Assembly: GCA_044506615.1 (NCBI GenBank)
Contig: JBIQKJ010000005.1
Coordinates: 568 to 64,567 of the forward strand
DNA length: 64,000 bases
From: Chloroflexota bacterium
Lineage (GTDB): Bacteria; Chloroflexota; Limnocylindria; Limnocylindrales; CSP1-4
Direction: 5' to 3'
Shown here: piece by piece, positions 26,901-34,654 of the stretch
Layout of the letters: each line of letters starts with the position of its first letter
How positions within the stretch are numbered: the first letter of the stretch is position 1
The notes under the pieces: model-generated
Told to the model about the DNA's origin: nothing
Seen by the model: only the letters and a program-made list of their open reading frames with translations
The model's database searches: none
Program-made: the position numbers and the translations under genes

Positions 26901-28781
26901 GGCGACGTCGCCTCGGATTCCGCGACCTTCTCGGTGACCGTCGCCAACCTGGCGCCGACCATCAGCTCGGTTGTCGCCTCGCCGACCTCGGTCGACGAGG
27001 GCGGCTCCACCACCGTGACGGTCACCGCGTCGGACCCCGCGGGTCCGGCTGACCCACTGGCATACGAGTTCGACTGCGACGGCGACGGCAGCTACGACGT
27101 CGGCCCACAGCCCGGCAACAGCACGAGCTGCCTGATGCCGGACGGCGACGCGACCGGCATGGTTGGGGTGCGCGTGTCGGACGGCGACGGCGGAACCGAC
27201 ACCGACGCTGTTGACGTCGTCGTCGCCAACGTCGCGCCGGAGATCGTCACGAGCGCGGATGCCTCGACCCCCGAGGGTTCGACGTTCACGCTGACGCTCA
27301 GTACGGTCATCGACCCCGGCCAGGACACCGTCACGGCCTGGGAGATCGAGTGGGGCGATGGGGCGTCCACGACGGGCCTCGGGTCGCCTGCGTTCACCGA
27401 CCAGCCGCACGTCTACGCGGACGGGCCTGCGTCGTACACGATCGACGTCTACCTGACCGACGAGGACGGCACGCATCTCGCGTCCACCCGCTCGGTCACG
27501 GTCGTCAACGTCGCCCCGACGGTCACCCTGGCCCCGACCAACGAGACCTCGGTCGACGAGGGCAGCCAGCACACGTACAGCTTCACCACGAGCGACCCGG
27601 GCGAGGACGCGTTCGCGCTCCTCGGGGCCAGCTGCGGCAGCGCCGGCAGCCAGGTCGGGACGGCCACCTTCGACGCGGCCACCGGCGCCGGCAGCTTCGT
27701 CTGCTCGTTCGCCGACGGCCCCGCCTCGAGCACGGTCTCGGTCCAGGTCGAGGATGAGGACGGCGCGGACAGCAACACCGCGACCCAGACGGTCACGGTC
27801 GCCAACGTCGCGCCAGTTGTCGTCGCTCCGGCTGCGCAGTCGGCCGACGAGGGTGAGAACAAGACCTGGAACCTCGGCACCTTCACAGATGCCGGCGTCG
27901 ACGACGATCCCTGGACCGTGAGCGTCGACTGGGGTGACGGCAGCCCGACCGAGAGCCGACCCAACGCAGGAAGCGCGGGTTCGCTCGGAACGGCGAGCCA
28001 CAGCTACGGCGACAACGGGACGTACACCGCCACGGTCACAGTGACGGACAAGGACGGCGCCGCCACCAACGGGACCTTCACGGTCACCGTCGGCAGCGTT
28101 GCGCCGGTGGCATCGAACCTGACTGTCACCGTCGATCCCGTCACCGGGATCACGTCGGCCACGATCGATTACAGCGATCCGGGCTGGCTCGACACCCACA
28201 CCGCGTCATTCACCTGGAACGGCGGCGCACCGGTCGCCGGGGTTGTCACGCCCACCGCCGGCACAAGCACTCGGCCGGGGCCAGTGAGCGGAGCGGCGAC
28301 TGGAACCACCCGGCTCCCCCCCGGTTGCTATCAGCTCATCGTGACCGCGACGATCACGGACGACGACGGAGCGAGCCACACCATCAGCCGGACCATTGCG
28401 AACACCGACGTCTACCTGGCGTCCTTCAACGCGCCCATCAAGAGCAACGAGCGGAACATCGCGAAGTACGGCAACGTCGTGCCGGTCAAGGTCCAGCTCG
28501 CAAGCTCGTGCTTCCCCGGTACGACGACGACCGAGCCCACCTTGCACCTCACCATCGCCAACGGCGACGACAGCATGGATCCGACAGCAGTCGAGGTCAT
28601 CACTGCGACGAGCGTCAGCGGCGCGGACACGGGGACCCAGATGCGTACGGCCGGCGACGCCTACATCTACAACCTCTCGACCAAGCAGATGAAGGCGGGC
28701 CAGGAATACACGATCCGTGTTCGGGTCGGCACGACCTCCGGTCCGATCATCCTCCGCGCGCTCTTCCAGCCGAAGAAGTAG
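23946..28781 (+). CDS. Large secreted surface protein/adhesin: signal peptide, PEPT linker, Big_9/cadherin-like repeats, putative Ig domains, PKD-like repeats, C-terminal PxKF-type domain
   Basis: Hydrophobic signal; repeated NxAPVAxDD, VLANDTD, IDPxTGxFSWTP, DWGDG, NVAPxV; C-terminal FNAPIK...KYGNVVPVKVQL. GAGGA RBS before GTG 23946. Confidence 0.9.
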   Translation: MHPLAARRSVTLIRLLAFVQVFLLVASLFAPVAALATEPSADPGGSSAPSTEPSAEPTAEPTPEATPEPTPAASVEPDPTTQPSPTAEPDPTPEPEPTPAGEPAPADPEPTSNPDPTTLPEPSAPSFEPSPSTAAPTIASDLADYPPGGLVTLTGSNWQPGETVNIFVNDDWGSSWSRNVDVVADADGNITDQFNLPNWFVAEYAVVATGEVYGRAYTRFTDGNVKVEVEPTNVTASISAALYSGAGCSGTATSKSAPGTIGVGSSESVRLDAAATGAASVAPVSRAFAGWTVESGASYVLIPGTNGRSICISGNFNGSRTATASYDSATNAPPVANADSYSTNEDATLTVPAPGVLGNDSDANGDPLTIAAPRPASGPANGSLTLSADGSFTYTPNANFHGTDTFTYQANDGKVNSASAATVTITVNPVDDAPTAVGDSATVAEDSGTNAINVLANDTDVDGGPKAIASVTQGADGSVAITGGGTGLTYAPDGNFCGADSFSYTLNGGSTATVSVAVTCLNDDPVANDDSTTVDEDSGANVVDVLANDTTGPDVGETLEVTLVTQGTHGTVAATVGGGSVTYTPDENYFGTDSFTYTVSDGNGGMASASVDVTVSPVNDAPVADDDTASTAEDTALLIDPADLLAGDSDVDGNTLVVSAVGSATNGTVELLTDGPEAGKIRFVPAPNYNGAGASFEYTVSDGDLTDVGLVTVTVTSANDAPELAAVGDQVVDEETNLSFDADAADVDGTDTLTFSLVGAPAAASIDPATGVFSWTPAEADGPDTFTFDVCATDDGTPPLEDCETITVTVNEVNVAPVLGAVGDRTVDEGSELAFTATATDADIPANTLTFSLSGAPEGASIDPDTGEFSWTPTDDGTYTVTVTVTDDGTGTLSDSETITITVDNVAPVVTAPADQSTGEATSTSFDLGGFTDPGTDGPWSVTIDWGDGSTDTAFSEAAPGAIADQFHTYADDGTYTVTITVLEDGDVASDSATFSVTVANLAPTISSVVASPTSVDEGGSTTVTVTASDPAGPADPLAYEFDCDGDGSYDVGPQPGNSTSCLMPDGDATGMVGVRVSDGDGGTDTDAVDVVVANVAPEIVTSADASTPEGSTFTLTLSTVIDPGQDTVTAWEIEWGDGASTTGLGSPAFTDQPHVYADGPASYTIDVYLTDEDGTHLASTRSVTVVNVAPTVTLAPTNETSVDEGSQHTYSFTTSDPGEDAFALLGASCGSAGSQVGTATFDAATGAGSFVCSFADGPASSTVSVQVEDEDGADSNTATQTVTVANVAPVVVAPAAQSADEGENKTWNLGTFTDAGVDDDPWTVSVDWGDGSPTESRPNAGSAGSLGTASHSYGDNGTYTATVTVTDKDGAATNGTFTVTVGSVAPVASNLTVTVDPVTGITSATIDYSDPGWLDTHTASFTWNGGAPVAGVVTPTAGTSTRPGPVSGAATGTTRLPPGCYQLIVTATITDDDGASHTISRTIANTDVYLASFNAPIKSNERNIAKYGNVVPVKVQLASSCFPGTTTTEPTLHLTIANGDDSMDPTAVEVITATSVSGADTGTQMRTAGDAYIYNLSTKQMKAGQEYTIRVRVGTTSGPIILRALFQPKK

Positions 28782-28794
28782 CCGACTGTCAACG

Positions 28795-28836
28795 ATGCCG
28801 TTCGGGACCGGACAGGGTCCGTGTCCCGAACGGCGT
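28795..28836 (+). terminator. Hairpin after the adhesin gene
   Basis: ATGCCGTTCGGGAC-CGGAC-AGG-GTCCG-T-GTCCCGAACGGCGT. Confidence 0.7.
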
Positions 28837-28950
28837 ATTCAGTATCAGGAATGGATTTCGCCCTCAGCACGTTCGACCCTGGGGCGATGCGGGCGATTCG
28901 GGCGGAGGGTCACGCTCGTTGAGCGCGATTCCGATGAACCGTTGGGAATA
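28836..28950. repeat. 115-bp imperfect palindromic repeat, copy 1
   Basis: TATTC-N7-GGAATGGATTT...CTCAGCACGTTCGACCC...GAGGGTCACGCT.GTTGAGCGCGATTCCGATGAA-N7-GAATA. Confidence 0.92.
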
Positions 28951-29036
28951 GCCGCTGGGAGGGGACCTGGTGACCGGACGACTGCCCGCGCGTCCGGGAT
29001 AACCAGCCGTGAAGGGCCGTCCGCTATATACGCCAC

Positions 29037-29867
29037 ATGCGTGCACATCCCGGCCCGTCCCGAGGTCTCGACGCCGAGGTCGGCGGACTCATCCGCACCG
29101 TGCGCGAGGCCATCGGCTGGTCACAGCGGGACCTCGGCCGAAGGATCGGTCGGTCACAAGCTTGGGTATCGAAGGCGGAGCGGGCACGGCTCTCCGGTCT
29201 GACGGTCCGCATGGTCGAGCTGGTGCTCGGCGCGATGGGCGCGCGCCTCGAACTCGGCCTTCGGGCGCCGTTCCTGTCCGACCGGCGCCGGCAACGGGAG
29301 CCGGTCCATTCGCGAATGGGCGGGTATGTCGCGAACCGGCTCCGCGCCGACGGATGGTGGGTCGAGACCGAGGTCGAGATCGGCGGCGCCGGTGGCAAGG
29401 GCTGGATCGACGTTCTGGCGTGGCATCCCGAGACCGGTCTCCTGCTCGTGATCGAGCTGAAGACCGAGATTCACGACCTGGGCGCGATCCAGCGCTCGTT
29501 GGCGTGGTACGAGCGCGCGGCCATCGAGGCCGCGAGACGCTTCGGGTGGCGGCCGCGACACGTGCATGGCGCGCTCCTGCTCCTTGCGACGGTAGAGAAC
29601 GACCGTCGAGCGACCGACAATGGCTCGGCCCTCGGCGTCGCGTTTCCCGTCCGCGCCGCCGTGCTGAGCGAGACGGTACGGACGGGCCGGCCTCCCGCGG
29701 AGACCGGCCGCTCGGTGGCCATGGTGGATCCGCGCGCGCGCCGGGTGGGCTGGGTCCGTCCGCTGCGACTCGACGGACGTCGGACGCTCGCCCGGTACGA
29801 GGACTACGCGGACTTCGTCAGGTCATCATCGAGAGCGGGTACCCGCCGGCGCCGGAACGCCGCCTGA
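29037..29867 (+). CDS. XRE-family HTH fused to a PD-(D/E)xK nuclease-like domain
   Basis: HTH (RTVREAIGWSQRDLGRRIGRSQAWVSKAE), then ETEVE...GWIDVLAW...VIELK. TATATA -10 box 6 nt upstream (leaderless). Confidence 0.85.
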   Translation: MRAHPGPSRGLDAEVGGLIRTVREAIGWSQRDLGRRIGRSQAWVSKAERARLSGLTVRMVELVLGAMGARLELGLRAPFLSDRRRQREPVHSRMGGYVANRLRADGWWVETEVEIGGAGGKGWIDVLAWHPETGLLLVIELKTEIHDLGAIQRSLAWYERAAIEAARRFGWRPRHVHGALLLLATVENDRRATDNGSALGVAFPVRAAVLSETVRTGRPPAETGRSVAMVDPRARRVGWVRPLRLDGRRTLARYEDYADFVRSSSRAGTRRRRNAA

Positions 29868-29878
29868 GGCGGTGCCGG

Positions 29879-29993
29879 TATTCCCAACGGGGAATGGATT
29901 TGGCGCTCAGCACGTTCGACCCCTGCTCGAAACGGGCGATCCGGGCAGAGGGTCACGCTTGTTGCGTGCGATTCCGATGAATCGTGGCGAATA
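29879..29993. repeat. 115-bp imperfect palindromic repeat, copy 2
   Basis: Same core and same length as copy 1. Confidence 0.92.
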
Positions 29994-30036
29994 TCCGGGT
30001 CGGGCTGCGCCGGACCGCCGCCTGAGGCGGTGAGAG

Positions 30037-30151
30037 CATTCCCAACGGGGAATGGATTTGGCGCTCAGCACGTTCGACCCTTGCCCGATAGCGGCGATCC
30101 GGGCAGAGGGTCACGCTTGTTGAGCGCGATTCCGATGAATCGTGGCGAATA
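30037..30151. repeat. 115-bp imperfect palindromic repeat, copy 3 (158-bp tandem period with copy 2)
   Basis: Near-identical to copy 2. The flank CGCCGCCTGAGGCGGTG is also duplicated. Confidence 0.92.
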
Positions 30152-30191
30152 CCGGGTCGGGCCGCACCAGGCGCGACGGCCCGCGCTTCGT

Positions 30192-31052
30192 TCAGGGCGC
30201 CTTCGGATTGTAGAAGCGGCAGCGGTCGGCGAGCGGGCAGCGTTCGTGCTCGGGGCGGAGCGCGTGGCAAATCTTCCGACCGTGCTGGATGAGGTTCACG
30301 TGCGCCTCGTACATCTCGTCCGGCTCGAACAGCCCGAGCACGATGTCGTGCGCCTGGTCGATCGGCAGCTTCGGCGGTAGCAGCCCGACCCGCCGCATGA
30401 CGCGGTCCACATGGCGGTCGATCGGGAACAGCGGTTGGCCGAAGTAGAACAGCAACAGGATCGAGGCCGTCTTCTTGCCGACCCCGGGGATCGCGGTGAG
30501 CCAGTCGCGCGCCTCGAGCGCGGTCATCTCGCCGAGGAACTCGAGCGAATAGTCGCCGTGCGCCTCGCGGATCCGGCGGAGCGTGGCCTGGAGCCGGGGC
30601 GCCTTCTGGTTCGCGAGGCCGCCGGGCCGGATGACGTCGGTCAGCTCCTCGATCGGCGCGAACTCGACGCGCTCCCAGTCGGGTGGCGCACCGTCCGGCA
30701 GCCCGACCCCGCCCCAGCCCTCGCCTGGAAGGTGACGCTCGGACGGCAGCCCTGATGGGTATGCCTCGCGCAGCGCCTGGAAGGCAACCTCGGCGTTCAC
30801 GTCGGCGCTGTTCTGGGTGAGGATCGTGAGGATGAGCTGGCTCGTCGGGTCGAGGCCGGGCTCGCGCACCGGGTGGCCGTACAGCGCGGCGAGCTGCTCG
30901 AGCGTGAACTGGACGAGCCCCGGCCGATACCGCTCGAGCCGCTTGGCATAGCTCGCGGCCGGGTTCGAGAACTTGCGCTTCTTCGGTCGGGGCCGCCGGG
31001 CGACGGTCCGCGCTCTTGCGGCGGACGCCTTCGGCGGATGGCTGGCGCTCAC
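30192..31052 (-). CDS. nth: Endonuclease III-like HhH-GPD DNA glycosylase
   Basis: LILTILTQNS, HhH IPGVGKKTA, FPIDRHV, C-terminal Fe-S loop. GTGA overlap with the upstream gene. Confidence 0.88.
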   Translation of the reverse strand: MSASHPPKASAARARTVARRPRPKKRKFSNPAASYAKRLERYRPGLVQFTLEQLAALYGHPVREPGLDPTSQLILTILTQNSADVNAEVAFQALREAYPSGLPSERHLPGEGWGGVGLPDGAPPDWERVEFAPIEELTDVIRPGGLANQKAPRLQATLRRIREAHGDYSLEFLGEMTALEARDWLTAIPGVGKKTASILLLFYFGQPLFPIDRHVDRVMRRVGLLPPKLPIDQAHDIVLGLFEPDEMYEAHVNLIQHGRKICHALRPEHERCPLADRCRFYNPKAP

Positions 31053-32155
31053 AGGAGCGAGACTAACCGCCCGATCCGCTCCCCGCATCGCTCGAGCGGC
31101 GCCGTTCCCGCGGCCATCGCCTCCTCGACGGTCTGCGGCCGCTCGACGACCGGCACCACGACCACCCCGAGGGCGCCGAGCGCCTCGATCCCCTCGACCT
31201 CCACGCCGCCACCGACGGCCACGCAGCGCTTCCCGGCAGCGTGCGCGCGCTGCGCGACGCCGAGCGCCGTCTTCCCGAACGCGGTCTGACGGTCGATCCG
31301 TCCCTCCCCGGTGATCACGAGGTCGGCCGAGGCGAGCTTGCCCGCGAAGTCCGTCAGCTCCATGACGAGCTCGATCCCGGGCTGGAGCGCGAACGACCGG
31401 AACCGATCCTGGACGGTCAGCAGCGCGAACCCGACGCCGCCGGCAGCGCCGGCGCCCGGTGTCTCGCGCTCGTCCCGCCCGACGGCCGCACCGAGGTCGT
31501 CGGCATAGCGCGCGAGATGCGCATCGAGCTCCGCCACCTGCTCGGGTGTGGCGCCCTTCTGGGGACCGTAGGTCGCGGCCGCGCCACGCTCCCCGAGGAG
31601 GGGATTCGTGACGTCGCAGGCGACGCGCACGTCGACGCCGTCGAGGAACGACAGCGCGTCGAGGTGGAGGTAGCCGTCCCGATCGGCGTCTCCCCGACGC
31701 ACGCCCAGCGCCTCGAGGATCCCGAACCCGCCGTCGGTCGTCGCGCTGCCCCCGATCCCGAGCGTGATCTCCTCGACACCCGACTCGATGACCGCCCGCA
31801 GCACCTCGCCGGTGCCGTAGGTCGTGGCGCCCGCCGGGTCGCGCTCGTCCGCGCCGAGCCGGGACAGCCCGGACGCCTCGGCGAGCTCGACGACGGCACG
31901 GCGGCCGTCGGTCGAGCGGAGCCAGCGCGCGGTGATCGGTCGGCCGATCGGGTCCGTCGCCGGCGTCTCCTGCCACTCCCAGCCACCGGCCGCCGCGACC
32001 GCGACGAGCGTGCCCTCGCCGCCGTCCGCGAGCGGCGACAGCAGCACCGTGTCCCCGGGACGCGCCCGGGACCACCCGGTCGCCAGCGCCCCCGCGACCT
32101 CGACCGAGGTGAGCGAGCCCTTGAACGAGTCGGGGGCGATGAGGACCGTGGCCAC
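31049..32155 (-). CDS. glxK: Glycerate kinase (GlxK/GarK class)
   Basis: IAPDSFKGSL, PLADGGEG, GIGGSATTDGG, GAGAAGG, ITGEGRID.QT..GK. Confidence 0.95.
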   Translation of the reverse strand: MATVLIAPDSFKGSLTSVEVAGALATGWSRARPGDTVLLSPLADGGEGTLVAVAAAGGWEWQETPATDPIGRPITARWLRSTDGRRAVVELAEASGLSRLGADERDPAGATTYGTGEVLRAVIESGVEEITLGIGGSATTDGGFGILEALGVRRGDADRDGYLHLDALSFLDGVDVRVACDVTNPLLGERGAAATYGPQKGATPEQVAELDAHLARYADDLGAAVGRDERETPGAGAAGGVGFALLTVQDRFRSFALQPGIELVMELTDFAGKLASADLVITGEGRIDRQTAFGKTALGVAQRAHAAGKRCVAVGGGVEVEGIEALGALGVVVVPVVERPQTVEEAMAAGTAPLERCGERIGRLVSLL

Positions 32156-32156
32156 G

Positions 32157-32714
32157 TCAGCGCAGGTCCTTCCAGAAGAACGTCGCGGGGCCCGGCACGC
32201 CGTCGGGCGAGAGGGCGTAGTTCGGAACGGTCCCGAACGGCGTCCAGCCGAGCCGCCGGTAGAAGGCGTCGGCGGGAGATCCCGTCACGGTATCGAGGAT
32301 CAGCAGCCAGCGGCCCTCGGCTCGGGCACGCTCCTCGGCGGCGGCCATGAGCGCGGCCGCGATGCCGCGCCGCCGATGCGACTGGAGCACGATGACCTTG
32401 CCGATCTCCGCGCGATGCGGCGAGTTCGGGTTCGTCGAGCGCATCAGCAGCACCGAGCCGACGACGCGGTCGTCGTCCACGGCCACGAAGGCGGTCGTCG
32501 CGCCGGCCCCCACGTCGGCATCGCGAGCGTGCCACCACGCCGCGGCCTCGTCCCGGGTGACGCCGGTCAGGAAGTTGACCCCGGCCCCGCTCGCGACGGC
32601 ATCCACGATCAGCTCCGCCAGCTCGGGGATCACCGCGCGGTACCCCACGGGGTCGAGCGCCCGGAAGTCGACGGCGGGCCGTGCTGCCTCGCCGGTCGAG
32701 GCGGCCGCGGTCAC
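32157..32714 (-). CDS. GNAT N-acetyltransferase (ttr-like)
   Basis: HRAEIGKVIV...HRRRGIAAALM, LILDT, FYRRLGW. Confidence 0.9.
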   Translation of the reverse strand: MTAAASTGEAARPAVDFRALDPVGYRAVIPELAELIVDAVASGAGVNFLTGVTRDEAAAWWHARDADVGAGATTAFVAVDDDRVVGSVLLMRSTNPNSPHRAEIGKVIVLQSHRRRGIAAALMAAAEERARAEGRWLLILDTVTGSPADAFYRRLGWTPFGTVPNYALSPDGVPGPATFFWKDLR

Positions 32715-34654
32715 CGGATCGCGGTCTCCGGTCCGGCGACCGGAGCGCCCGCCTCGCGCCGCCGCTCGAGGTACTCGGGGATCCGGACGATCGGCGGTCG
32801 CTCCTGGTCGGCGAGCTCGATGACCTCGAGCGAGAGCCGGCCCTTGCCCGAGCGCGGCAGCTTCATCGTCGAGCCGAGCTCGGCGAACAGGCGCGCCTTG
32901 CGCCGTTCCTCGAGCCGCTTCATGACGGCCTGCAGGATCACGAACGACATCCGGCTCAGCCCCTCGAGCTCCTGGTTGCGGTGGACCCGGCGCTCGAGGT
33001 CGACTTGGCCGAGCCCCTCGATCCCGACCCGCTCGGCGGCGTCGATGAGGTGCCCGATCTCGACGGCGTAGCCGGTGAAGAACGGGATCGTCTCGAGCAG
33101 CGCGCGACGCCCGGCGTACTCCCCCGACAGCGGCTGGATGAGCCCGGACAGCTCGGGGAAGAAGAGGTTGATCAGCGGGCGCGCGACGAGCTCGGTGACG
33201 CGGCCGCCGCCGCCCTCCTTGAGCACGCCGCCCTCGACGATCGGGCGCTGGTAGTAGCCCTTCACGTACTGCAGCCGCGGCTCGTGAAGCAGCGGCCCGA
33301 GCGTTCCGTAGACCATCCGGTGGTGCCAGTTGCGGACGTCGGTGTCGGCCCACACCACGATGTCGCCGCTCGTCTCGTAGAGCGACTTCCAGAGCGCCTC
33401 GCCCTTGCCCCGGAACGAGCCGTAGCGCGCGAGGACGTCGGGGTGGACGGCGACGCGGGCACCCTCCGCCTCCGCGATCTCGCGGGTGCGGTCGTCGGAC
33501 GCGGAGTCGATCACGAGGATCTCGTCGAGGAGCGGGAAGCGCTCGATCATCTCGCGGGTCGCCCGGCGCACGATCGGGCCGATCGTCTCCTCCTCGTTGA
33601 GCGTCGGCAGCACGAGGCTGACCGACAGGTTCTGCTTCTGCTTCAGCGCGACGAGCCGCTCGAGGTCCCCGAACTCCGAGTGGTGGAAGTTCGACTCGCC
33701 GAACCAGCGCTCGACGCGCGCGGGAACGGCCCGGACCTCCTCGGCGGCGCGGTCCGCGGCGGCCAGCGTCTCCGCCCGGGCAGCCAGCTGCTCGAACGTC
33801 GCCTTGCCGATGTTCTCGCGTGTCTTGACCACGATGACGGTGGGCTTCGCGCGCGCGGCGATCGCCTCGGGCAGCGCACCGAAGAGGTAGTTCTCGCCGT
33901 CGGATCCGAACGGCTGCGCCGACGCGCCCATGACGACGAGGTCAGCCTTGTCGGCCTCGCGCAGGATCGCGGTACGGACGTTCGGAGCCTCGCGCAGGAT
34001 CGCGTCGCCCGTGCCGCGGACGTGTTGCTTGATGAACGCCGCCAAGGCGCGCTCGGCCTGGGCGCGAACGGTCGAGGTGATACCCGGCGGCACGAGGTGC
34101 AGCACCGAGACCCGGGCGCCGTGGGACCGCGCGATCGCATCGGCGAAGCGGATCGCCAGCTCTGCATGGGGACCGCCCCGAACGGGCACGAGGATGCGCT
34201 TGATGTCCGACGTGCCGCGCTGCTTGACGACCGCGATGTCGCACGGCGAGTCGCGCACGACCTCGTCGATCGTCGGCGAGAAGACCGTGGGGCTGGTGCC
34301 GTCGCGCGGCGCCGGCGCCTTGCCTCCCCAACCGAAGATGACGAGGTCGGCCTCCTGCTCGCCCGAGGCCTCGATGATCCCCTCGGCCGCGCGTCGCCCG
34401 ATCCGCACGATCGGATGGATCGTCGTCCCCTCGGGCGCGAAGTCGAGCACGCGCTGGAGCAGCCGCCTGGCGTGGCGGGCGCGCGTGGCGCCCTCCGAGA
34501 GCGGCATGCCTTCGGGCACCTCCACGATCCCGAGCGCGGTGAGCTCCCCGGTCCGCTTGTCGAGGATGGCCGATCCAAGCCTGATGAGCTCCTCGGCCGT
34601 CAGCGGGTTCGCGACCGGGATGAGGATCCGGGCGGGGAGCGGCGCACGGCTCAC
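32711..34654 (-). CDS. gpgS: Tandem universal-stress-protein domains fused to glucosyl-3-phosphoglycerate synthase
   Basis: Two USP domains (ILIPVANP...ADLVIFGW; ILVPVRGGPH...ADLVVMG), then SLVLPTLNEE, IDSASDD, GKGEALW, WADTD, GGRVTELVARP, QPLSGEYA, HRNQ. Confidence 0.9.
   Translation of the reverse strand: MSRAPLPARILIPVANPLTAEELIRLGSAILDKRTGELTALGIVEVPEGMPLSEGATRARHARRLLQRVLDFAPEGTTIHPIVRIGRRAAEGIIEASGEQEADLVIFGWGGKAPAPRDGTSPTVFSPTIDEVVRDSPCDIAVVKQRGTSDIKRILVPVRGGPHAELAIRFADAIARSHGARVSVLHLVPPGITSTVRAQAERALAAFIKQHVRGTGDAILREAPNVRTAILREADKADLVVMGASAQPFGSDGENYLFGALPEAIAARAKPTVIVVKTRENIGKATFEQLAARAETLAAADRAAEEVRAVPARVERWFGESNFHHSEFGDLERLVALKQKQNLSVSLVLPTLNEEETIGPIVRRATREMIERFPLLDEILVIDSASDDRTREIAEAEGARVAVHPDVLARYGSFRGKGEALWKSLYETSGDIVVWADTDVRNWHHRMVYGTLGPLLHEPRLQYVKGYYQRPIVEGGVLKEGGGGRVTELVARPLINLFFPELSGLIQPLSGEYAGRRALLETIPFFTGYAVEIGHLIDAAERVGIEGLGQVDLERRVHRNQELEGLSRMSFVILQAVMKRLEERRKARLFAELGSTMKLPRSGKGRLSLEVIELADQERPPIVRIPEYLERRREAGAPVAGPETAIR

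Noticed and set aside
24747-28199. 1,150-aa minus-strand ORF
   Set aside because: Antisense shadow of the adhesin; Val/Arg/Gly-rich composition with no family signal.
28836-30151. 115-bp repeats as a CRISPR array, tRNA-like T-loop (GTTCGAC) or IS ends
   Set aside because: Too long for CRISPR and without unique spacers of regular size. The T-loop-like 7-mer lacks a closing T-stem. There is no DDE/HUH transposase or clear target-site duplication. Kept as a novel-element candidate instead.
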